Origin: Lachnospira sp.
GTDB lineage: Bacteria; Bacillota; Clostridia; Lachnospirales; Lachnospiraceae
Assembly (NCBI GenBank): GCA_050874305.1
Contig: JBNMKL010000006.1
Span: 1,651-65,650, forward strand
Direction: 5' to 3'
Length of the DNA: 64,000 nt
The translations under genes and the position numbers were made by a program. Below are positions 27,013 through 35,576 of the stretch, in pieces (the stretch's first letter is position 1; each line of letters begins with the position of its first letter). The notes below the pieces were generated by a model, which saw nothing but the letters and a program-made list of their open reading frames with translations, had not been told where the DNA came from and did not search any database.

Positions 27013-28452
27013 ATGGCAGAGGATAAAAAGTTAGTTGAAGCTATTACATCTATGGATGTAGATTTTGCACAGTGGTATACAGATGTCTGCAAGAAAGCAG
27101 AGCTTATGTCTTACTCAAGTGTTAAGGGATGTATGATATTTAAGCCGGCTGGATATGCAATCTGGGAGAACATACAGAAAGAAATGGATAGAAGGTTCAA
27201 GGAGGTTGGAGTTGAGAATGTATATCTTCCAATGTTTATTCCAGAGAGCCTTCTTGAGAAGGAAAAAGACCATGTAGAAGGATTTGCACCAGAAGTTGCA
27301 TGGGTAACACAGGGGGGACTTAATCCACTTCAGGAGAAAATGTGTGTACGTCCTACATCAGAGACATTATTCTGTGATTTCTACAAGGATGAGATTCAGT
27401 CATACAGAGATTTACCAAAGGTATATAACCAGTGGTGTTCAGTTGTAAGATGGGAGAAGGAGACAAGACCATTCCTTCGTTCAAGAGAGTTCTTATGGCA
27501 GGAAGGACATACAGCACACGCAACAGCAGAAGAGGCAGAGGCTAGAACACAGCAGATGCTTAATGTATATGCTGATTTCTGTGAGGAAGTACTTGCTATG
27601 CCAGTTATCAAGGGACGTAAGACAGACAAGGAAAAGTTCGCCGGAGCAGAGGCAACATACACAATCGAAGCACTCATGCATGATGGCAAGGCACTTCAGT
27701 CTGGTACAAGCCATAATTTTGGCGATGGATTTGCCAAAGCATTTGGAATACAGTATACAGATAAGGATAATAAGTTAAAGTATGTTCACCAGACATCATG
27801 GGGTTCAACAACAAGACTTATCGGTGCTATGATTATGGTTCATGGTGATAACAGCGGACTTGTTCTTCCACCAAGAATTGCACCTGTACAGGTTGATATT
27901 ATTCCAATTATGCAGAAGAAGGAAGGCGTTCTTGAGAAAGCGGCAGAGGTTGCAGCAGCACTCAAGGCAGCAGGACTTCGCGTTAAGGTTGATGACAGCG
28001 ATAAGAATCCAGGTTGGAAGTTCTCAGAGCAGGAGATGCGTGGTATTCCAGTACGTGTAGAGATGGGACCAAGAGATATCGAGGCTGGCAAGGCTATTAT
28101 CGTAAGAAGAGATACAAGAGAAAAGATTGAAGCACAGATAGATGGACTTGCAGACAAGATTAAGGAAGTACTTGATACAATGCAGGTTGAGATGCTTGAG
28201 AGAGCAAGAGCACACAGAGATGCACACACATATGTTGCAACTAACTATGATGAGTTCAAGGATATAGTTGCCAATAAGCCAGGATTTGTTAAGGCTATGT
28301 GGTGTGGCGACCAGGCTTGTGAGGACAAGATTAAGGAAGATACAACAGCTACATCAAGATGTATGCCATTTGCGCAGGAACAGCTCAGTGATGTATGTGT
28401 ATGCTGTGGAAAGCCAGCTAAGAAGATGGTTTACTGGGGTAAGGCGTACTAA
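27013..28452 (+). CDS. proS: Proline--tRNA ligase (archaeal/eukaryal-like type, no editing insertion)
   Basis: [40 protein letters not shown]-terminal YWGKAY. Confidence 0.96.
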   Translation: MAEDKKLVEAITSMDVDFAQWYTDVCKKAELMSYSSVKGCMIFKPAGYAIWENIQKEMDRRFKEVGVENVYLPMFIPESLLEKEKDHVEGFAPEVAWVTQGGLNPLQEKMCVRPTSETLFCDFYKDEIQSYRDLPKVYNQWCSVVRWEKETRPFLRSREFLWQEGHTAHATAEEAEARTQQMLNVYADFCEEVLAMPVIKGRKTDKEKFAGAEATYTIEALMHDGKALQSGTSHNFGDGFAKAFGIQYTDKDNKLKYVHQTSWGSTTRLIGAMIMVHGDNSGLVLPPRIAPVQVDIIPIMQKKEGVLEKAAEVAAALKAAGLRVKVDDSDKNPGWKFSEQEMRGIPVRVEMGPRDIEAGKAIIVRRDTREKIEAQIDGLADKIKEVLDTMQVEMLERARAHRDAHTYVATNYDEFKDIVANKPGFVKAMWCGDQACEDKIKEDTTATSRCMPFAQEQLSDVCVCCGKPAKKMVYWGKAY

Positions 28453-28478
28453 TTAAAGTTATTTGGTAAGGAGACTAT

Positions 28479-29714
28479 ATGCAGCTTCCAGAGGATGTCA
28501 GAGCGATTATTGGCACAATTGAAGAACATGGATGCGAGGCTTATGCTGTCGGTGGATGTGTAAGAGACACATTGCTTGGAAAGACACCATATGACTGGGA
28601 TATAACCACATCAGCACTTCCTATGCAGGTCAAATCTATGTTTAAGAGAACTGTGGATACAGGGCTTAAACACGGCACAGTGACTGTTATGATAGGAAAG
28701 ACCGGCTATGAGGTCACAACCTACAGGATTGATGGTGAGTACAAAGACGGCAGGCATCCTGAAAATGTAGAATTTGCAGTTAATCTTCTTGAAGACCTTA
28801 AAAGAAGAGATTTCACTATCAATGCAATGGCGTATAGTGATAAAAACGGGCTTGTCGATGAATTTGACGGACAAGGTGACCTTGAACGCGGGATTGTAAG
28901 ATGTGTAGGTAATCCTATAGAGCGTTTTACAGAAGATGCCCTAAGAATGATGAGGGCTATAAGATTCTCGGCACAGCTTTCATTTGAGATAGATAAGGAG
29001 ACATATAAGGCTATTGAAAAGCTGTCTACTAATATCGCACAGGTAAGCATGGAAAGAATCCAGGTGGAGCTTACCAAGACAATTATGTCTGATAATCCGG
29101 AGAAGGTGGAGCTGTATTACGAGACTGGTATATTCTCGGTGGTTTTACCAGATGTTGCAGCTATATTTGAGGGAAGATACAGACAGAATGCCATTAGTAT
29201 GTTAAAACATACAGAAAAGACTGTTATATTAAGATATGCGGCACTTCTTAACTCTCTTGAGCCAGATAAGGCAAAGGGAGTTCTTAGAAGCCTTAAGCTG
29301 GACAACCACACTGTTGACAGTGTGACTGCTATCGTTGCTAATTCCAAGGTTACGATAGATGAGAATGAGCCGGCGATAAGAGAGGCATTAAATCGTTATG
29401 GAAGAGAACTTTTTGACAATCTTATCATACATGATGAGGCTCTTACGACAGCCAAGGAGGAGATTACAGGAATAATCCTTCCGGGAAAGCATAATCATAT
29501 AGCTGCCGTTAAGAAGATGATGGATGATATTATAGCAAGAGGCGATTGTGTGACGATTAAAGACCTTGATATAACCGGGAATGATTTAATTGAATATGGA
29601 ATGACGGGACCGCAGATTGGCAAGACGCTCAATGAATTGCTTCATGTTGTGATGGATAATCCGAAGCTTAATGACAAGGCGACGCTGCTTGCGATGCTGG
29701 AACATTTCAACTAA
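28479..29714 (+). CDS. cca: CCA tRNA nucleotidyltransferase
   Basis: AVGGCVRD, DWDITT, GLKHGT, EDLKRRDFTINAMA, EDALRMMRAIRF, ITGNDL. Confidence 0.93.
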   Translation: MQLPEDVRAIIGTIEEHGCEAYAVGGCVRDTLLGKTPYDWDITTSALPMQVKSMFKRTVDTGLKHGTVTVMIGKTGYEVTTYRIDGEYKDGRHPENVEFAVNLLEDLKRRDFTINAMAYSDKNGLVDEFDGQGDLERGIVRCVGNPIERFTEDALRMMRAIRFSAQLSFEIDKETYKAIEKLSTNIAQVSMERIQVELTKTIMSDNPEKVELYYETGIFSVVLPDVAAIFEGRYRQNAISMLKHTEKTVILRYAALLNSLEPDKAKGVLRSLKLDNHTVDSVTAIVANSKVTIDENEPAIREALNRYGRELFDNLIIHDEALTTAKEEITGIILPGKHNHIAAVKKMMDDIIARGDCVTIKDLDITGNDLIEYGMTGPQIGKTLNELLHVVMDNPKLNDKATLLAMLEHFN

Positions 29715-30002
29715 ACCCTGCCTGCGGCGCAGCCCGTGTGTACCGTATGCCCCTTGCAGGCTGTGTACCTATACCAGAATTGCATGACGACTGTCGTGTG
29801 GCTCTTAGGTCGGTGTTAGACATAAGATAAGTCGGATGCTAAACCGTTCAAGCGAAGCGCGTTTTTAGCAATCCGGCTTTAATATACTTTGTCGTGCCGA
29901 CCTTAGAGCCACTAGACACAAAGGACCAGCAATTCTGGTATAGGTACACAGCCTGCAAGGGGCATACGGTACACACGGGCTGAGCCACACGCAGGTTTAG
30001 TT
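29709..30002 (+). repeat. Fold-back element B: ~294-bp giant hairpin with 54-bp perfect arms plus imperfect extension
   Basis: 29730-29783 is the exact reverse complement of 29929-29982; AACTAAACC (29709-29717) / GGTTTAGTT (29994-30002); core ATGCTAAACCGTTCAAGCGAAGCGCGTTTTTAGCA equals element A except for one C. Confidence 0.9.
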
Positions 30003-30017
30003 AAAGATGTTGGTGGG

Positions 30018-30057
30018 AATGCTCTCAAGTTTTTAAACTTGAGGGCATTATTTTTTT
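30018..30057 (+). terminator. Rho-independent terminator directly after element B
   Basis: AATGCTCTCAAGTTT / AAACTTGAGGGCATT plus T7. Confidence 0.75.
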
Positions 30058-30107
30058 ATACCCTACATAATAATAGTTATGATTAATGAGTGTGGGGGAG
30101 ACTGTCA

Positions 30108-31112
30108 ATGAATGAAAAATCGCTTGAAGTACTTGATCAGTATGATTTGAATATATACCGCAGTGTGCGGGGCAGGGGAGGCATGATAGTTGTAACAGAT
30201 CAGGGCGATAAGCTCTTGCTGGAGTGTGTAAAACAGGACAAATATTACAAAAGGGAAGATGTGATTACGAGAGCTGTTAAGCAGAGTGGATATGAGTATC
30301 TGGATACATATGTAAAGAATAAAGACGGAGAGATAATATCCGAGGCGGTAGAAGATGGAAGGAAATATGTATTAAAGGATATGTATTCAGGCAGTGAATG
30401 CAATGTCAGAAGTATCCGTGATATTCTTGATGCGGTATCAGCTATGGCAAGGCTTCATATCGCACTTGATAAGGCAGCTGACGTCATAATAAGTGATGAC
30501 AATGAGTTCGTTCTTGCAAGAGGAAATGTTGCAAAGACTATTATAAGACATACTAAAGAAATGAGAATGGCAGGTAATTACCTTAAGAACAAGAAGCAGA
30601 AGACGGAGTATGAAATGAGCATATATAGGAATATGAGCAGTTTTTATGAAGAAGCACAGAAGGCTGTCGGAATGCTTGATAATAAGATTGTGGCAGATGG
30701 AATCACAAAGGCGGACAGTAATAACAGTCTTATACATGGAAATTATACATATCATAATATTATTATAAGTAATGTGGGCGTTGCTGTGACTAATATGGAG
30801 AAATGCAGAGTTGACTCACAGGTGTTTGATTTGTATCAGTTTATGAGAAAGATTCTTGAAAAATATAACTGGGACATTGACCTTGCGTATAAAATGCTGA
30901 ACGAATATGACAGAATTAAGAGAATAAGTGACGAGGATATAGGAATCATGTCAGTTTTATTTGCATTTCCAGAAAAGTTCTGGAAGATAGTAAATCATTA
31001 TTACAACATGAATAAGGCATGGGTATCACCTAAAAGTATTGAAAAGCTTAATGGATGCATTGAACAGAATGTCAGAAGACTTGATTTTGTTGCAACTATA
31101 TGTGCATTGTGA
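30108..31112 (+). CDS. cotS: CotS-family spore coat kinase-like protein
   Basis: MARLH, LIHGNYTYHNI, QVFDLYQFMRKILEK..W, FPEKFWK..N.YY. Confidence 0.8.
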   Translation: MNEKSLEVLDQYDLNIYRSVRGRGGMIVVTDQGDKLLLECVKQDKYYKREDVITRAVKQSGYEYLDTYVKNKDGEIISEAVEDGRKYVLKDMYSGSECNVRSIRDILDAVSAMARLHIALDKAADVIISDDNEFVLARGNVAKTIIRHTKEMRMAGNYLKNKKQKTEYEMSIYRNMSSFYEEAQKAVGMLDNKIVADGITKADSNNSLIHGNYTYHNIIISNVGVAVTNMEKCRVDSQVFDLYQFMRKILEKYNWDIDLAYKMLNEYDRIKRISDEDIGIMSVLFAFPEKFWKIVNHYYNMNKAWVSPKSIEKLNGCIEQNVRRLDFVATICAL

Positions 31113-31178
31113 TAGAATCAACGTAGTATACATAAAAACTGGGTAACTATACTCTTAAGAAAGGTACAATCTGATATT

Positions 31179-32564
31179 ATGGATAAACATACATCTGCAA
31201 TGAGAAAAATGACAGCTCTTATAATGGGGCTTGTGATATGTGTGTTAAGTTTGGTGGGATGTAGTATAGGCAATGGTAATAAAAGCGGAACGATAACACC
31301 GGGAAGTTCAATACTCACAGCACCTAAGAAGAATATAACAGAAGCAACAACAGGAGCCTCACAGCAGATAACAGTGACAGGCGTATTGTCATATATTGAT
31401 AAAGACAGTAAGAAGGCTAATTTTATAGATACTAATTCGGGCGTTGAATATGAAGTTCCATATTCGGGGGGAACTGTGTTCGCAACAAAGTACGGAACAG
31501 CAATTGCAGCATCTAATCTTATTCTTGGAGAGATATATGATGTTGTGTGCAACAAGAGAGGTGTTGCCACTTCGATAAAGGGTAATCCAGATGCATTTGA
31601 GGTGAGTGGATTCAATAATGTCGAGGTTAATGAATCTAACAGAAGAATAAGTTCAGGTGCATCGACTTATATATACAGTGAAAAGGCGCTTGTTATATCT
31701 GGGGAGGATAAGATACCTATAGCAGAAGTGGTGAAGCAGGATGAAGTAACGCTGCGCGGAATTGGTAATACAGTATATTCGGTTGTGGTTGATAAGGGAC
31801 ATGGATATATAAGATTTACAGGTATTGATGCATTTATAGGTGGATATGCACAGATTGGAAAGAGCCAGTTGTATAATGTCACAGAGGATATGATAGTTAC
31901 AGCATCTGTTGGCACATACAATGTTGAGATAGAGAATGGAACTATAGATGCAACTAAAGAAGTGACAGTTGAGAGCGGACAGGAGACAAAGCTGGATTTC
32001 AGTGAATATGTACAGCCAGCACAGCTTCAGGGAACGGTTAATTTCAGCGTTACGCCATCAGATGCCATTATGTCTATAGATGGTGAGGAAGTGGACTATT
32101 CAGTGCCAGTCCAGTTATCATATGGCTCACATAAGCTTACGCTTGTCAAGAATCATTATGAGGAGTATACAGAGACATTTGTAGTTAAATCTTCATATGT
32201 GACAAAGGTTATAGATATGGTTGCAAAGTCAAGTGCAACAACAAAGGCTTCAACAACTGCAAGCAGTAATACATCAGCAACAACAAAGTCTACGACAAGG
32301 ACTACTGCTGCAGCTACAACTGCTAATAGTGATGGAAGTTACAGCGTTAAGGTAACCTCTCCTGCTGGAGCTGCGCTGTATGTAGACAGTGTTTATGCGG
32401 GAACTGTTCCATGTACATTTAAGAAAACAGAAGGAACTAAGACAATAACACTTACACAAAGTGGGTATAATACAGTTAGCTATTCCATCTCGATAGAGAG
32501 CGGAGCCGGGGATCTGACATACGCATTTCCATCAATGGTTAAGACACAGGAAGGAAGTAATTAG
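31179..32564 (+). CDS. PEGA-domain lipoprotein
   Basis: Lipobox LSLVGC; PEGA-like repeats (VTPSDAIMSIDG..., SPAGAALYVDSVYAG); Thr/Ala/Ser-rich linker. Confidence 0.7.
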   Translation: MDKHTSAMRKMTALIMGLVICVLSLVGCSIGNGNKSGTITPGSSILTAPKKNITEATTGASQQITVTGVLSYIDKDSKKANFIDTNSGVEYEVPYSGGTVFATKYGTAIAASNLILGEIYDVVCNKRGVATSIKGNPDAFEVSGFNNVEVNESNRRISSGASTYIYSEKALVISGEDKIPIAEVVKQDEVTLRGIGNTVYSVVVDKGHGYIRFTGIDAFIGGYAQIGKSQLYNVTEDMIVTASVGTYNVEIENGTIDATKEVTVESGQETKLDFSEYVQPAQLQGTVNFSVTPSDAIMSIDGEEVDYSVPVQLSYGSHKLTLVKNHYEEYTETFVVKSSYVTKVIDMVAKSSATTKASTTASSNTSATTKSTTRTTAAATTANSDGSYSVKVTSPAGAALYVDSVYAGTVPCTFKKTEGTKTITLTQSGYNTVSYSISIESGAGDLTYAFPSMVKTQEGSN

Positions 32565-32566
32565 AT

Positions 32567-33760
32567 ATGAATATTCCATTTTCACCACCAGATATTACTG
32601 AGGAGGAGATTAAAGAGGTAACAGAGGCACTCCGCTCAGGCTGGATAACTACAGGCCCTAAGACCAAGGAGCTTGAAAGAGAAGTTGCGGAGTATACACA
32701 TTCAAGCAAGGCAGCAGCACTTAATTCTGCGACTGCATGCATGGAGATGGCTCTCAGGATATTCGGTGTTGGACCAGGAGACGAGGTTATCGTTCCTGCA
32801 TATACTTACACTGCATCAGCGAGTGTTGTGTGCCATGTCGGAGCCACACTTAAGCTGATAGATGTAGAGAAGGGCACATATCATCTTGATTATGACAGAA
32901 TAGAAGAGCTTATTACTGACAAGACTAAGGCTATAATACCTGTTGATATAGCCGGTGTCATGGTTGATTATGACAGGATAAGGCAGATTGTCATGAGCAA
33001 AAAGGGCATATTTAAGCCAGCTAACAAGATGCAGGAGGCACTTGGACATATACTTATACTTGCAGATTCAGCTCATGGATTTGGTGCATCAAGAGATGGT
33101 GTCATGAGTGGACAGGCGGCAGATTTCACAAGCTTTTCATTCCATGCTGTTAAGAATTTCACAACAGCAGAGGGTGGTGCGCTTGTCTGGAGAGACATAG
33201 ATGGCATTGACAATGAGGAGATATATCATCAGCTCATGCTTCTTACGCTTCATGGACAGTCTAAGGATGCGCTGGCTAAGACTAAGCTCGGTGCATGGGA
33301 ATATGACATAGTAGGTCCATATTACAAATGCAATATGACAGATGTGCTTGCAGCTATCGGACTTGCACAGTTCAGAAGATATGATGGAATGCTTGCGAGA
33401 AGAAAGCAGATGATTGAGCGTTATACAGCAGGAATAGAAAGAGATGGAATAAGTGTTATTAAACATTATGACGAGCATGTATGTTCAAGTGGACATCTCT
33501 GCCTTGTAAGGCTTGAGGATGCAGATGTGCAGAAGAGGAATGACCTTATAACAGCTATGGCAGAACGTGGAATAGCAACTAACGTCCACTTCAAACCACT
33601 TCCTATGCACACAGCATACAAGAATCTTGGTTTTGATATTAAAGATTTCCCTAATTCATATGAAATGTATAAGGGTGAGATTACACTTCCGTTACACACA
33701 CGTTTAACAGATGAGCAGCTTGAATATGTTATTGATAACTTTAACCAGCTCACAAGATAA
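32567..33760 (+). CDS. DegT/DnrJ sugar aminotransferase of the AATGal type (WcfR / pneumococcal Spr1654-like)
   Basis: IPFSPPDI, LRSGWITTGPKTKELE, DSAH, SFHAVKNFTTAEGG, LHGQSKDALAK..LGAWEYDI, NVHFKPLP. Confidence 0.9.
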   Translation: MNIPFSPPDITEEEIKEVTEALRSGWITTGPKTKELEREVAEYTHSSKAAALNSATACMEMALRIFGVGPGDEVIVPAYTYTASASVVCHVGATLKLIDVEKGTYHLDYDRIEELITDKTKAIIPVDIAGVMVDYDRIRQIVMSKKGIFKPANKMQEALGHILILADSAHGFGASRDGVMSGQAADFTSFSFHAVKNFTTAEGGALVWRDIDGIDNEEIYHQLMLLTLHGQSKDALAKTKLGAWEYDIVGPYYKCNMTDVLAAIGLAQFRRYDGMLARRKQMIERYTAGIERDGISVIKHYDEHVCSSGHLCLVRLEDADVQKRNDLITAMAERGIATNVHFKPLPMHTAYKNLGFDIKDFPNSYEMYKGEITLPLHTRLTDEQLEYVIDNFNQLTR

Positions 33761-33779
33761 ACGCGATTAAGGAGGATAT

Positions 33780-34466
33780 ATGAGGCTTAAAGGATGGAAT
33801 CATCTTCCTGACAGGATGAAGACCAAAGAAGTCAGACGATATTATAATATACTTGTAAGGCATACAGGGTGGTTTAAGGTAAAGCGTATAATGGATATAG
33901 TTGTAAGCTCGATAATGCTTGTGGTTCTGGCACTTCCGATGCTTGTTATCGCAGTGATGATTAAGCTTGATTCGAGGGGGCCTGTGTTTTTCAGGCAGGA
34001 GCGTGTAACCCAGTATGGACGTATATTCAGAATATACAAGTTCAGAACTATGGTTAACAATGCACAGAAGCTTGGGACACAGGTTACAGTTGCGCATGAT
34101 GCAAGAATAACCAAAGTTGGCAGAATATTAAGAAAATACAGATTAGATGAATTTCCACAGATATTCAATATCCTTGCAGGAGATATGACACTTGTCGGCA
34201 CAAGACCAGAAGTGCCTAAATATGTGAACCAGTATACAGATGAGATGTATGCAACACTTCTTCTTCCAGCAGGACTTACATCGAGGACAAGCATTGCCTA
34301 TAAAGATGAGGACAAGCTTTTAAAAGATGCAGATGATGCGGACAAGGTTTATGTAGAACAGATTCTTCCAGTCAAGATGAAGTATAATCTTGAGAGCCTT
34401 AGAAGATTCGGTGTTATAGAGGATTGTTCGGTACTGTGGAACACATTTAAGTCAGTTATCAAATAG
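33780..34466 (+). CDS. Priming phosphoglycosyl transferase (WcfS / Spr1655 / PglC-like)
   Basis: KRIMDI, IKLDSRGPVFFRQER, KFRTM, RLDEFPQ..NIL.GDM..VGTRPE. Confidence 0.92.
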   Translation: MRLKGWNHLPDRMKTKEVRRYYNILVRHTGWFKVKRIMDIVVSSIMLVVLALPMLVIAVMIKLDSRGPVFFRQERVTQYGRIFRIYKFRTMVNNAQKLGTQVTVAHDARITKVGRILRKYRLDEFPQIFNILAGDMTLVGTRPEVPKYVNQYTDEMYATLLLPAGLTSRTSIAYKDEDKLLKDADDADKVYVEQILPVKMKYNLESLRRFGVIEDCSVLWNTFKSVIK

Positions 34467-34502
34467 TCATATGGCTGCATGTGACAGAAAGAGTGAAATA
34501 CA

Positions 34503-35576
34503 ATGCTTACATGTACCATATGTGTAATTGCGTATAATGAGGAAAAATCGATTAGAACCATACTTGATTGTATCAGCAGTCAGGATTATGGCCATAATCT
34601 TTGTGAAGTTATTTTGGTTGACGGGGCTTCAACAGATAATACGAAGGCTATAATGCAGGAATATGCTGATAATAACAGCAGGCTTGATAGTCCATTCAAG
34701 AGAATTGTTGTGCTTGATAACCCTAAAAAGACACTCCCAAGTGGATGGAATGTGGCTTTGGCAGAGTATAAATGTGATGTGATAATCAAAGTTGATGCCC
34801 ACGCTGAGATTCCAAGCGATTTTGTCAGCAAGAATATAAAGGTGCTTGAGAGCGGCGAGGATGTCTGCGGCGGCATAAGACCAGCTATATTAGATGAGTC
34901 TACACCATGGAAAGAGACACTCCTGCTTGCAGAGAACAGCATGTTTGGCTCAAGCATTGCACCATACAGGAACAATCCGGGAAAGACATACGTGAAATCA
35001 CTGTTTCATGGGGCATACAGAAGGAAAGTATTCGACAAGATAGGCGGCTTTAACGAGGAGCTTGTAAGAACTGAGGATAATGAGATTCATTACCGCATGA
35101 GGGAGGCGGGCTTCAAGCTGTGCTTTGACCCGGATATTGTGTCTTACCAGCACATAAGAAGCAGTCTGCCTAAGATGCTCAAACAGAAGTATTCTAATGG
35201 ATACTGGATAGGCATAACGGCAAAGAAGTGTCCAAAGTGTTTATCAGTGTATCATTTTGTGCCGTTTGCATTTGTGAGTGCCATCGGTTTGTCGGCTATA
35301 GGTCTGGTGTTTACCGGGCTGGCAGGACGATACAGCATATTCATAAAAAAGCTTGGCAATATAATTAAATTCCTTACAAAGCTTATGTGGGGAGCATATG
35401 GGGTGCTGGCTGTAGTTATGTCAGTTGTGGCAGCCATAGGTGCTGGCAAGAAGCGCAATAAGACCAATATAGCACTGCCAGCGTTATTTCTTATGCTTCA
35501 TGTAAGTTATGGCGTGGGAACCCTTGCGGGAATACTGAAAAAGGAGTCCAATGATGGAAGAGACAAGGAAAGATAA
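34503..35576 (+). CDS. GT2 glycosyltransferase (ExoA / Spr0091-like)
   Basis: VIAYNEE, VDGASTDNT, VDAH, RTEDNE, C-terminal TM helices. Confidence 0.88.
   Translation: MLTCTICVIAYNEEKSIRTILDCISSQDYGHNLCEVILVDGASTDNTKAIMQEYADNNSRLDSPFKRIVVLDNPKKTLPSGWNVALAEYKCDVIIKVDAHAEIPSDFVSKNIKVLESGEDVCGGIRPAILDESTPWKETLLLAENSMFGSSIAPYRNNPGKTYVKSLFHGAYRRKVFDKIGGFNEELVRTEDNEIHYRMREAGFKLCFDPDIVSYQHIRSSLPKMLKQKYSNGYWIGITAKKCPKCLSVYHFVPFAFVSAIGLSAIGLVFTGLAGRYSIFIKKLGNIIKFLTKLMWGAYGVLAVVMSVVAAIGAGKKRNKTNIALPALFLMLHVSYGVGTLAGILKKESNDGRDKER

Noticed and set aside
11156-30002. Fold-back elements read as 6S RNA, ordinary terminators or classical IS/MITEs
   Set aside because: Two dispersed copies with 54-61 bp perfect arms and no large central bubble do not fit 6S; they are far longer than terminators and B has its own terminator downstream; there is no transposase, no shared terminal repeat and no clear target duplication.
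32225-32330. Thr/Ala/Ser-rich repeat-like stretch in the PEGA lipoprotein
   Set aside because: Ordinary low-complexity linker without a defined repeat unit.
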